A DNA stretch of 64,000 bases from Octopus sinensis (lineage: Eukaryota): assembly GCF_006345805.1 (NCBI RefSeq), contig NC_042999.1, positions 167,090,001 through 167,154,000 on the forward strand, read 5' to 3'. Below, piece by piece: positions 24,661-36,800 of this stretch (position 1 is its first letter; every line of letters starts with the position of its first letter). The translations under genes and the position numbers were made by a program. The notes below the pieces were generated by a model. That model searched no databases and was not told the DNA's origin. It worked only from the letters and a program-made list of their open reading frames with translations.

Positions 24661-26211
24661 TTTTTGCTAGAATGGAACCGATATATCAATTCAATCTAGA
24701 CTCTTACAAACGCTACACCTTTAAAAAGAAATGGACTTGTTTGATTGGCCCTTTAGAAAAAACGGTCAATCTTCGAGCGATAAACAAAAAGGTCAAAAAT
24801 ATATGTATATATATATATAAAACTTATAAAAATTATAAAATCCGAGGAAAAAACCTTACATTGAATAAAATACATATTGACGTTAATGAAGAAAGTATAA
24901 ATTAATGCATAGAAATTAAACCTGTTATAAATATTACACTGCAATACATATTTATATTAAAATGTACATATATATATCAACATACACAAAAGGATGCGCG
25001 CAAAAGCCATACATATACAGACGTATGAATATAAATCTAAATATACACATAAATGCATGTGTACATATATTCACGCAAACCATCTCGCACGCAAGTTAAA
25101 AATCATCTATGTAGCGATTCTCTTGTATATTTGATTTTTGAAATTTTGATTTTGACTCTTGAACGATGAGCGCTACGATGGATTTTGTTTCCAAGCTATG
25201 TGGATCTTAATCCGTATAGCAAAGACTTATGTTTCTACATATACATTAGGAAAAACCTTCGACCTTGTTTTCATGGTATTGTATTGTATAGGATTACCTT
25301 GATTATTTATATTACCTTGATTATTTATAAATGATCCAAAATAGGGTGTTATATTTTATTTTATATGTCTTTCGTATATATTTTTATTAATGCACCTATT
25401 TTTTTAAAAAAAGCAATGTTTTTTTAAAAAAAAGCAATGTTTTTTTAAAAAAAGCAATGTTGTCAAAATTAGAATGTGGATATAAGTATGTGTATAGCCA
25501 AAGATATGTATTTGTAAGCATGCGTATCTGTGTATGTGTAAGTGAGAGTATGTTTGTGCTTAAGCACACATATACACGACTGTATGTATATGTATCCATT
25601 CGAACTTGTGTTTGTATACTTGTCTCCATATATGCCAATAATGCCGTTACACAGCTTGTGTACATAATTTTTTCTTATTTCGTTTTTTTCCCCACCCCTC
25701 CTTCGTTCCTTTTTCTCTCTCTTCCTTTCTTTCGTTCCCCCCTTACTCAGTATATGAGAATCGCTACATAGATGATTTTTAACTTGCGTGCGAGATGGTT
25801 TGCGTGAATATATGTACACATGCATTTATGTGTATATTTAGATTTATATTCATACGTCTGTATATGTATGGCGTTTGCGCGCATCCTTTTGTGTATGTTG
25901 ATATATATATGTACATTTTAATATAAATATGTATTGCAGTGTAATATTTATAACAGGTTTAATTTCTATGCATTAACGTCTTCATTAACGTCAATATGTA
26001 TTTTATTCAATGTAAGGTTTTTTCCTCGGATTTTATAATTTTTATAAGTGATTTTATATATATATACATATATTTTTGACCTTTTTGTTTATCGCTCGAA
26101 GATTGACCGTTTTTTCTAAAGGGCCAATCAAACAAGTCCATTTCTTTTTAAAGGTGTAGCGTTTGTAAGAGTCTAGATTGAATTGATATATCGGTTCCAT
26201 TCTAGCAAAAA

Positions 26212-26249
26212 CTGTCTGATGAACGGCAACGAGAAACTCAGAGTAACAG
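26212..26249 (+). ncRNA. Minimal type I hammerhead motif (family B)
   Basis: ctgt-CTGATGA-acg-gcaa-cga-GAAA-ctcagag-TA-acag. GUA triplet, GNRA-capped stem II with an A-A mismatch at its base. Confidence 0.65.
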
Positions 26250-26309
26250 ATTTTGTTGAATTTTCTGCTGCTTAAAATAAAGTATATATATATATATATA
26301 TATATATAT

Positions 26310-26450
26310 AAGAGACCGATAGAATAAGAGACCGATAGAATATATATAAGAGACCGATAGGCTTACAAAGAATAAGTCCTGGGTCGATTTCTTCGACTAA
26401 AGGCGTGCTCCACCATGGCCGCAGTTAAATGACTGAAACAAGTAAAAGAT
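26310..26450 (+). mobile_element. SINE S1 tail fragment with stuttered agagaccgatag repeats
   Basis: Matches the S1 tail. The motif agagaccgatag occurs three times. Confidence 0.75.
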
Positions 26451-27840
26451 ATATATATATATATATAAGTTCACCAAAATTTAGATTCAGATGAATGTGG
26501 TACTTAAGTTAAAGGCACCAGAATTTTGTATGGTATTATCCATATAAATCAAGTGGGGTGATTATAATCAAAATAAGCAACAAAGATATCCAAGGTAGTG
26601 TAGTACAATTGTTTCATGCTACTTCATTTTATTAAACACTGTAAGTATTATATCAGTTTTAAAATGTTGAGCAATCTTCAGTCACATATAGATTTTTTTT
26701 AATTAAACGGACAATGCACATTCTTATACTTATTTCATTTGCCAACATTACAAAGAGGGTAGATATATAGACAGAGAGGTTAATTTCATCATTAAGAACA
26801 TGGTGGTAGTATGTTCTTCTCCTTTTGTAGATTTTATCACTGAGTTCACTTTGTTAATTAGATCTAACAGTGGGGAGGGGGTTTTCTATTCTTGGTTCAA
26901 TAGAGACAAACAAGAATTTTTTCTATTTATAGATAGAGGAAGGGGTAGTACAAATGTCAAATCCATTGTCATTTCGAGGAATTTAGTTTAGACATATATG
27001 AATGTATTATAGCAAAAGCTAGTAGGCTGAAGTTATATATCAATACCTTGTAAAAGGAATTTGACTCGCGAAAACTGTACAAAGCCCGTCAATACATGTA
27101 TATTTGTATGCGTCAGCATATTTCTACGTATCTGGATCTGTGTCGGTGTTCTGTCTATGTTTACCGGTGTAAAAGGGCGTGGAGAGTTGAATCCTTTTCA
27201 TCATATACTGATATTCGACCTGGTCTTTTCTTACAAATATCTTCACACCCAGTAACGGAGCAGAAACAGGTCTATGTTTTGATAAGATCGAAACCCACAC
27301 ATCCTGCCACTATACATTTTCAGAGACAACTTTAAAATTATCTGGCTTACGCAATTATTCTAAGGGCGTAACGCTCCTTCCACTTTTGCTTCTGTCACAA
27401 GGCACTATTTAATGGGAATATGAAATGAATATTTCCTGTGTAGAATGATGTTGATACTGTGAATGTACAATTATTTTGTAATGCATTTTAAAGGTTGAAT
27501 GCTTTGTTTTACAATTCCCTGTTCCTACGCCAGAGACCGCTGTGAGTTGTGCAAGTAAGCTAAATGGTCGCAAATCTGGTAATTTATCTGATAAGGTTGT
27601 AGCTTCTCTTTCTGATGTTACTCGTTTTATTTGAGGTCTGTTGGTTTGAGCGTGAAGACTAATACTGATAATACGTGAGGCAATCAAAATATTTTAGGCT
27701 TCAGTCATTAGAATACGGACCTTGACATTGAAATCATTACACATCCATATGCATATATTTACACGTACACTACCACCAACGCCACCAGCACCGCCACCAC
27801 CACCGCCACCGCGACAACCACCACCACCACTACCACCACT

Positions 27841-30800
27841 TGGCTGTGTGGTAAGAAGCCACAGAGGTGGTTGTGTGGCATGAAGCCAGAGAGGTGGAAG
27901 TTGGGTAAGAAGCCAGAGAGGTAGTTGTTTGGTAAGAAGCCACAGATGTGGGTGTATGGTAAGAAGCCACAGAGGTGGCTGTTTGGTAAGAAGCCACAGA
28001 GGTGGTTGTTTAGCAAGAAGCCACAGAGGTGGTTGTTTGGTAAGAAGCCACAGAGGTGGCTGTGTGGTAAGAAGCCATAGAGGTGGCTGTGTGGTAAGAA
28101 GCCACAGAGGTTGCTGTGTGATAAGAAGCCACAGAGGTGGCTGTCTAGTAAGAAGCCACAGAGGTGGCTGTGTGGTAAGAAGCCACAGAGGTGGCTGTTT
28201 AGTAAGAACCCACAGAGGTGGCTGTGTGGTAAGAAGCCACAGAGGTGGCTGTTTGGTATGAAGCCACAGAGGTGGCTGTGTGGTAAGAAGCCACAGAGGT
28301 GGTTGTGTGGTAGGAAGTCACAGAGGAGGCTGTTTGGTAAGAAGCCACAGAGGTGGCTGTTTAGTAAGAACCCACAGAGGTGGCTGTGTGGTAAGAAGCC
28401 ACAGAGGTGGCTGTTTGGTATGAAGCCACAGAGGTGGCTGTGTGGTAAGAAGCCACAGAGGTGGTTGTTGGTAAGAAGCCACAGAGGGGCTGTGTGGTAA
28501 GAAGCCATAGAGGTGGCTGTGTGGTAAGAAGCCACAGAGGTTGCTGTGTGATAAGAAGCCACAGAGGTGGCTGTCTAGTAAGAAGCCACAGAGGTGGCTG
28601 TGTGGTAAGAAGCCACAGAGGTGGCTGTTTAGTAAGAACCCACAGAGGTGGCTGTGTGTGGTAAGAAGCCACAGAGGTGGCTGTTGGTATGAAGCCACAG
28701 AGGTGGCTGTGTGGTAAGAAGCCACAGAGGTGGTTGTGTGGTAGGAAGTCACAGAGGAGGCTGTTTGGTAAGAAGCCACAGAGGTGGCTGTTTAGTAAGA
28801 ACCCACAGAGGTGGCTGTGTGGTAAGAAGCCACAGAGGTGGCTGTTTGGTATGAAGCCACAGAGGTGGCTGTGTGGTAAGAAGCCACAGAGGTGGTTGTT
28901 TGGTAAGAAGCCACAGAGGTTGCTTTTTGGTAAGAATCCACAGAGGTGGCTGTGTGGTAAGAAACCACAGAGGTGGTTGTTTGGTAAGAAGCGACAGAGG
29001 TGGTTGTTTGGTAAGAAGCGACAGAGGTGGCTGTTTGGTAAGAAGCCACAGAGGTGGCTGTTTGGTAAGAAGCCACAGGGGTGACTGTGTGGTAAGACGC
29101 CACAGAGGTGGCTGTTTGGTAAGAAGCCACAGAGGTGGCTATTTGGTAAGAAGCCACAGAGGAGGCTGTTTGGTAAGAAGCCACAGAGGTGCCTGTGTGG
29201 AAACAAGCCACAGAGGTGGCTGTTTAGTAAGAACCCACAGAGGTGGCTGTGTGGTAAGAAGCCACAGAGGAGGCTGTTTGGTAAGAAGCCACAGAGGAGG
29301 CTGTTTGGTAAGAAGCCACAGAGGTGGCTCTTTGGTAAGAAGCCACAGAGGTGGCTGTGTGGTAAGAAGCCACAGAGGTGGCTGTTTGGTAAGAAGCCAC
29401 AGAGGTGGTTGTTTGGTAAGAAGCCACAGAGGAGGCTGTTTGGTAAGAAGCCACAGAGGTGGCTGTTTAGTAAGAACCCACAGAGGTGGATGTGTGGTAA
29501 GAAGCCACAGAGGTGGCTGTTTGGTAAGAAGTCACAGAGGTGGCTGATTGGAAAGAAGCCACAGAGGAGGCTGTTTGGTAAGAAGACACAGAGGTGGTTG
29601 TTTGGTAAGAATTCACAGAGGTGGCTGTTTGGTAAGAAGCCACAGATGTGGCTGTGTGGTAAGAAGCCACAGAGGTGGCTGTGTGGTAACAAGCCACAGA
29701 GGTGGCTGTTTGGTAAGAAGTCACAGAGGTGGCTGTTTGGAAAGAAGTCACAGAGGAGGCTGTTTGGTAAGAAGCCACAGAGGTGGTTGTTTGGTAAGAA
29801 GCCACAGAGGTGGCTGTTTAGTAAGAAGTCACAGAGGTGGCTGTTTGGTAAGAAGTCACAGAGGTGGCTGTTTGGTAAGAAGCCACAGAGGTGGCTGTTT
29901 GGTAAGAAGCCACAGAGTTGGCTGTGTGGTAAGAAGCCACAGAGTTGGCTGTGTGGTAAGAAGACACAGAGGTGGCTGTGCGGTAAGAAGCCACAGAGGT
30001 GACTGTGTGGTAAGAAGACACAGAGGTGGCTGTTTGGTAAGAAGCCGTAGGGGTGGCTGTGTGGTAAGAAGCCACAGAGGTGGCTGTGAGGTAAGAAGCC
30101 ACAGAGGTGGCTGTGTGGTAAGAAGCCACAGAGGTGGCTGTGTGGTAAGAAGCCACAGAGGTGGCTGTGTGGTAGGAAGCCACAGAGGTGGCTGTGTGGT
30201 AAGAAGCCACAGAGGTGGCTGTGTGGTAAGAAGCCACAGAGGTGGATGTGTGGTAAGAAGCCACGGAGGTGGATGTGTGGTAAGAAGCCACGGAGGTGGA
30301 TGTGTGGTAAGAAGCCACGGAGGTGGCTGGGTGGTAAGAAGCCACAGAGGTGGGTGTGTGGTAAGAATCCACAGAGGTGGTTGTTTGGTAAGAAGCCACA
30401 GAGGTGGCTGTTTGGTAAGAAGCCACAGAGGTGGCTGTTTGGTAAGAAGCCACAGAGGTGGGTGTGTAGTAAGAAGCTACAGAGGTGGCTGTGTGGTAAG
30501 AAGCCACAGAGGTGGCTGTGTGGTAAGAAGCCACAGAGGTGGGCGTGTGGTAAGAAGCCACAGAGGTGGCTGTTTGGTAAGAATCCACAGAGGTGGGTGT
30601 GTGGTAAGAAGCCACAGAGGTGGCTGTGTGGTAAGAAGCCATAGAGGTGGCTGTTAGGTAAGAAGCCACAGAGGTGGTTGTGTGGTAAGAAGCCACAGAG
30701 GTGGGTGTATGGTAAGCGCCACAGAGGTGGCTGTGTGTTAAGAAGTCACAGAGGTGGCTGTTTGGTAAGAAGCCACAGAGGTGCCTGTTTGGTAAGAAGC

Positions 30801-33800
30801 CACAGAGGTGGCTGTTTGGTAAGAAGCCACAGAGGTGCCTGTGTGGAAAGAAGCCACAGAGGTGGCTGTTTGGTAAGAATCCAAAGAGGTGGCTATTTGT
30901 TAAAAAGCCACGTAGGTGGCTGTGTGGTAAGAAGCCATAGAGGTGGTTGTGTGGTAAGAAGCCACAGAGGTGGCTGTGTGGTAAGAAGACACAGAGTTGG
31001 CTGTTTGGTAAGAAGCCACAGAGGTGGCTGTGTGGAAAGAAGCCACAGAGTGGCTGTGTGGTAAGAAGCCACAGAGGTGGCTGTGTGGTAAGAAGCCACA
31101 GAGGTGGCTGTGTGGTAATAAGCCACAGAGGTGGTTGTGTGGTAATAAGCCACAGAGGAGGCTGTTTGGTAAGAAGCCACAGATGTGGCTGTTTGGTAAG
31201 AAGCCACAGAGGTGGCTGTTTGGTAAGAAGCCACAGTGGTGGCTGTTTGGTAAGAAGCCACAGCGGTGGTTGTAAGAAGCCACAGAGGTGGCTGTTTGGT
31301 AAGAAGCCACAGATGTGGCTGTCTGGTAAGAAGCCACAGAGGTGGGTGCTTGGTAAGAAGCCACAGAGGTGGCTGTTAGGTAAGAAGCCACAGAGGTGGT
31401 TGTTTGGTAAGAAGCCACAGAGGTGGCTGTTTGGTAAGAAGCCACAGAGGTGGCTGTTTGGTAAGAAGCCACAGAGGTGGCTGTTTGGTAAGAAGCCACA
31501 GAGGTGGCTGTTTGGTAAGAAGCCACAGAGGTGGCTGTTTGGTAAGAAGCCACAGAGGTAGTTGTTTGGTAAGAAGCCACAGAGGTGGCTGTGTGGTAAG
31601 AATCCACAGAGGTGGCTGTTTGGTAAGGGGCCACAGAGGTGTATGTTTGGTAAGAAGCCACAGAGGTGGCTGTTTGGTAAGAAGCCACAGAGGTGGCTGT
31701 GTGGTAAGAAGCCACAGAGGTGGCTGTTAGGTAAGAAGCCACAGAGGTGGCTGTTTGGTAAGAAGCCACAGAGGTGGCTCTTTGGTAAGAAGCCACAGAG
31801 GTTGCTTTTTGGTAAGAATCCACAGAGGTGGCTGTGTGGTAAGAAGCCACAGAGGTGGTTGTTTGGTAAGAAGCCACAGAGGTGGCTGTTTGGTAAGAAG
31901 CCACGGAGGTGGCTGTTTGGTAAGACGCCCCAGAGGTGGCTGTATGTAAGAAGCCACAGAGGTGGCTGTGTGGTAAGAAGCCACAGAGGTGGCAGTGTGG
32001 TAAGAAGCCACAGAGGTGGCTCTTTGGTAAGAATCCACAGAGGTGGGTGTGTGGTAAGAAGCCACAGAGATGGCTGTGTGGTAAGAAGCCATAGAGGTGG
32101 CTGTTAGGTAAGAAGCCACAGAGGTGGTTGTGTGGTAAGAAGCCACAGAGGTGGGTGTATGGTAAGCGCCACAGAGGTGGCTGTGTGTTAAGAAGTCACA
32201 GAGGTGGCTGTTTGGTAAGAAGCCACAGAGGTGCCTGTTTGGTAAGAAGCCACAGAGGTGGCTGTTTGGTAAGAAGCCACAGAGGTGCCTGTGTGGAAAG
32301 AAGCCACAGAGGTGGCTGTTTGGTAAGAATCCAAAGAGGTGGCTGTTTGTTAAAAAGCCACGTAGGTGGCTGTTTGGTAAGAAGCCACAGAGGTGGCTGT
32401 GTGGAAAGAAACCACAGAGGTGGCTGTGTGGTAAGAAGCCACAGAGGTGGCTGTGTGGTAAGAAGCCACAGAGGTGGCTGTGTGGTAATAAGCCACAGAG
32501 GTGGTTGTGTGGTAATAAGCCACAGAGGAGGCTGTTTGGTAAGAAGCCACAGATGTGGCTGTTTGGTAAGAAGCCACAGAGGTGGCTGTTTGGTAAGAAG
32601 CCACAGAGGTGGCTCTTGGTAAGAAGCCACAGCGGTGGTTGTAAGAAGCCACAGAGGTGGCTGTTGGTAAGAAGCCACAGATGTGGCTGTCTGGTAAGAA
32701 GCCACAGAGGTGGGTGCTTGGTAAGAAGCCACAGAGGTGGCTGTTAGGTAAGAAGCCACAGAGGTGGTTGTTTGGTAAGAAGCCACAGAGGTGGCTGTTT
32801 GGTAAGAAGCCACAGAGGTGGCTGTTTGGTAAGAAGCCGCAGAGGTGGCTGTTTGGTAAGAAGCCACAGAGGTGGCTGTTTGGTAAGAAGCCACAGAGGT
32901 AGTTGTTTGGTAAGAAGCCACAGAGGTGGCTGTGTGGTAAGAATCCACAGAGGTGGCTGTTTGGTAAGGGGCCACAGAGGTGTATGTTTGGTAAGAAGCC
33001 ACAGAGGTGGCTGTTTGGTAAGAAGCCACAGAGGTGGCTGTGTGGTAAGAAGCCACAGAGGTGGCTGTTAGGTAAGAAGCCACAGAGGTGGCTGTTTGGT
33101 AAGAAGCCACAGAGGTGGCTCTTTGGTAAGAAGCCACAGATGTTGATTTTGGTAAGAATCCACAGAGGTGGCTGTGTGGTAAGAAGCCACAGAGGTGGTT
33201 GTTTGGTAAGAAGCCACAGAGGTGGCTGTTTGGTAAGAAGCCACGGAGGTGGCTGTTTGGTAAGACGCCCCAGAGGTGGCTGTATGTAAGAAGCCACAGA
33301 GGTGGCTGTGTGGTAAGAAGCCACAGAGGTGGCTCTTTGGTAAGAAGCCACAGAAATGGCTCTGTGGTAAGAGGCCACAGAGGTGTGTGTGTGGTTAGAA
33401 GCCACAGAGGTGGTTGTTTGATAAGAAGCCACAGAGGTGGATGTTTGGTAAGAAGCCACAGAGGTGGCTGCTTGGAAAGAAGCCACAGAGCTGGCTGTGT
33501 GCTAAGTAGCCACAGAGGTGGCTGTTTGGTAAGAAGCCGCAGGGGTGGCCGTGTGGTAAGAAGCCACAGAGGTGGCTGTTTGGGAAGAAGCCACAGAGGT
33601 GGCTGTTTGGTAAGAAGCCACAGTGGTGGCTGCTTGGTATGAAGCCACAGAGGTGGCTGTGTGGTAAGAAGCCACAAAGGTGGTTGTTTGGTAAGAAGCC
33701 ACAGAGGTGGCTGTGTGGTAAGAAGTCACAGAGGAGGCTCTTTGGTAAGAGGCCACAGAGGTGTATGTTTGGTAAGAAGCCACAGAGGTGGCTGTGTGGT

Positions 33801-36800
33801 AAGAAGCCACAGATGTGGCTGAGTGGTAAGATGCCACAGAAGTGGCTGTGTGGTAAGAAGCCACAGAGGTGGCTGTTTGGTAAGAAGCCACAGAGGTGGT
33901 TGTTTGGTAAGACGCCACAGAGGTGGCTGTTTGGTAAGAAGCCACAGAGGTGGCTGTTTGGTAAGAAGCCACAGTGGTGGCTGTTTGGTAAGAAGCCACA
34001 GAGGTGGCTATTTGGTAAGAAGCCACAGAGGTAGTTGTTTGGTAAGAATCCACAGAGGTGGCTGTGTGGTAAGAATCCACAGAGGTGGCGGTGTGGTAAG
34101 AGGCCATAGAGGTGTATGTTTGGTAAGAAGCCACAGAGGTGGCTGTGTGGTAAGAAGCCACAGAGGTGGCTGTGTGGTAAGAATCCACAGAGGTGGCTGT
34201 TTGCTATGAAGCCACAGAGGTGGGTGCTTGGTAAAAAGCCACAGAGGTGGCTCTTTGGTAAGAAGCCACAGAGGTTGCTTTTTGGTAAGAATCCAAAGAG
34301 GTGGCTGTGTGGTAAGAAACCACAGAGGTGGTTGTTTGGTAAGTAGCCACAGAGGTGGCTGTTTGGTAAGAAGCCACAGAGGTGGCTGTTTGGTAAGAAG
34401 CCCCAGAGGTGGCTGTTTGTAAAAATCACAGAGGTGGCTGTGTGGTAAGAAGCCACAGGGGTGACTGTGTGGTAAGACGCCACAGAGGTGGCTGTTTGGT
34501 AACAAGCCACAGAGATGGCTCTGTGGTAAGTAGCCACAGAGGTGTCTGTGAGGTAAGAAGCCACAGAGGTGGTTGTTTGATAAGAAGCCACAGAGGTGGC
34601 TGTTTGGTAAGAAGCCACAGAGGAGGCTGTTTGGTAAGAAGCCACAGAGCTGGCTGTGTGCAAAGTAGCCACAGAGGTGGCCGTGTGGTAAGAAGCCACA
34701 GAGGTGGCTGTTTGGTAAGAAGCCACAGAGGTGGCTGTTAGGTAAGAAGCCACAGTGGTGGCTGCTTGGTATGAAGCCACAGAGGTGGCTGTGTGGTAAG
34801 AAGCCACAGAGGTGGTTGTTTGGTAAGAAGCCACAAAGGTGGCTGTGTGGAAAGAAGCCACAGAGGTGGCTGTGTGGTAACAAGTCACAGAGGAGGCTCT
34901 CTGGTAAGAAGCCACAGAGGTGGCTGTTTGGTAAGAAGCCACAGAGGTGGCTGTTTAGTAAGAAGCCACAGAGGTGGCAGTTTGGTAAGAATCCACAGAG
35001 GTGGGTGTGTGGTAAGAAGCCACAGAGGTGGCTGTGTGGTAAGAAGCCATAGAGGTGGCTGTTAGGTAAGAAGCCACAGAGGCGGTTGTGTGGTAAGAAG
35101 CCACAGAGGTGGGTGTATGGTAAGCGCCACAGAGGCGGCTGTGTGTTAAGAAGTCACAGAGGTGGCTGTTTGGTAAGAAGCCACAGAGGTGCCTGTTTGG
35201 TAAGAAGCCACAGAGGTGGCTGTTTGGTAAGAAGCCACAGAGGTGCCTGTGTGGAAAGAAGCCACAGAGGTGGCTGTTTGGTAAGAATCCAAAGAGGTGG
35301 CTGTTTGTTAAAAAGCCACTTAGGTGGCTGTGTGGTAAGAAGCCATAGAGGTGGTTGTGTGGAAAGAAGCCACAGAGGTGGCTGTGTGGTAAGAAGACAC
35401 AGAGTTGGCTGTTTGGTAAGAAGCCACAGAGGTGGCTGTGTGGAAAGAAGCCACAGAGGTGGCTGTGTGGTAAGAAGCCACAGAGGTGGCTGTGTGGTAA
35501 GAAGCCACAGAGGTGGCTGTGTGGTAATAAGCCACAGAGGTGGTTGTGTGGTAATAAGCCACAGAGGAGGCTGTTTGGTAAGAAGCCACAGTTGTGGCTG
35601 TTTGGTAAGAAGCCACAGAGGTGGCTGTTTGGTAAGAAGCCACAGAGGAGGCTGTTTGGTAAGAAGCCACAGCGGTGGTTGTAAGAAGCCACAGAGGTGG
35701 CTGTTTGGTAAGAAGCCACAGATGTGGCTGTCTGGTAAGAAGCCACAGAGGTGGCTGCTTGGTAAGAAGCCACAGAGGTGGCTGTTAGGTAAGAAGCCAC
35801 AGAGGTGGTTGTTTGGTAAGAAGCCACAGAGGTGGCTGTTTGGTAAGAAGCCACAGAGGTGGCTGTTTGGTAAGAAGCCACAGAGGTGGCTGTTTGGTAA
35901 GAAGCCACAGAGGTAGTTGTTTGGTAAGAAGCCACAGATGTGGCTGTGTGGTAAGAATCCACAGAGGTGGCTGTTTGGTAAGGGGCCACAGAGGTGTACG
36001 TTTGGTAAGAAGCCACAGAGGTGGCTGTGTGGTAAGAAGCCACAGAGGTGGCTGTGTGGTAAGAAACCACAGAGGTGGCTGTGTGGTAAGAAGCCACAGA
36101 GGTGGCTGTTTGGTAAGAAGCCACAGAGGTGGCTCTTTGGTAAGAAGCCACAGAGGTTGCTTTTTGGTAAGAATCCACAGAGGTGGCTGTGTGGTAAGAA
36201 GCCACAGAGGTGGTTGTTTGGTAAGAAGCCACAGAGGTGGCTGTTTGGTAAGAAGCCACGGAGGTGGCTGTTTGGTAAGAAGCCCCAGAGGTGGCTGTAT
36301 GTAAGAAGCCACAGAGGTGGCTGTGTGGTAAGAAGCCACAGAGGTGGCTGTGTGGTAAGATGCCACAGAAGTGGCTGTGTGGTAAGAAGCCACAGAGGTG
36401 GCTGTTTGGTAAGAAGCCACAGAGGTGGTTGTTTGGTAAGAAGCCACAGAGGTGGCTGATTGGTAAGAAGCCACAGAGGTGGCTGTTTGGTAAGAAGCCA
36501 CAGAGGTGGCTGTTTGGTAAGAAGCCACAGAGATGGCTCTGTGGTAAGAAGCCACAGAGGTGTGTGTGTGGTTAGAAGCCACAGAGGTGGTTGTTTGATA
36601 AGAAGCCACAGAGGGGGCTGTTTGGTAAGAAGCCACAGAGGTGGCTGCTTGGAAAGAAGCCACAGAGCTGGCTGTGTGCTAAGTAGCCACAGAGGTGGCT
36701 GTTTGGTAAGAAGCCGCAGGGGTGGCCGTGTGGTAAGAAGCCACAGAGGTGGCTGTTTGGGAAGAAGCCACAGAGGTGGCTGTTTGGTAAGAAGCCACAG

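Larger units (their letters stand above)
24519..26282. mobile_element. Inverted-repeat PLE-like insertion (family B): ~530-bp arms (24590-25122 and 25756-26282) with an HHR near each outer end
   Basis: The arms are near-identical reverse complements. The left end (24519) abuts (TA)n and matches the family B end at 49365-49438. Confidence 0.85.
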
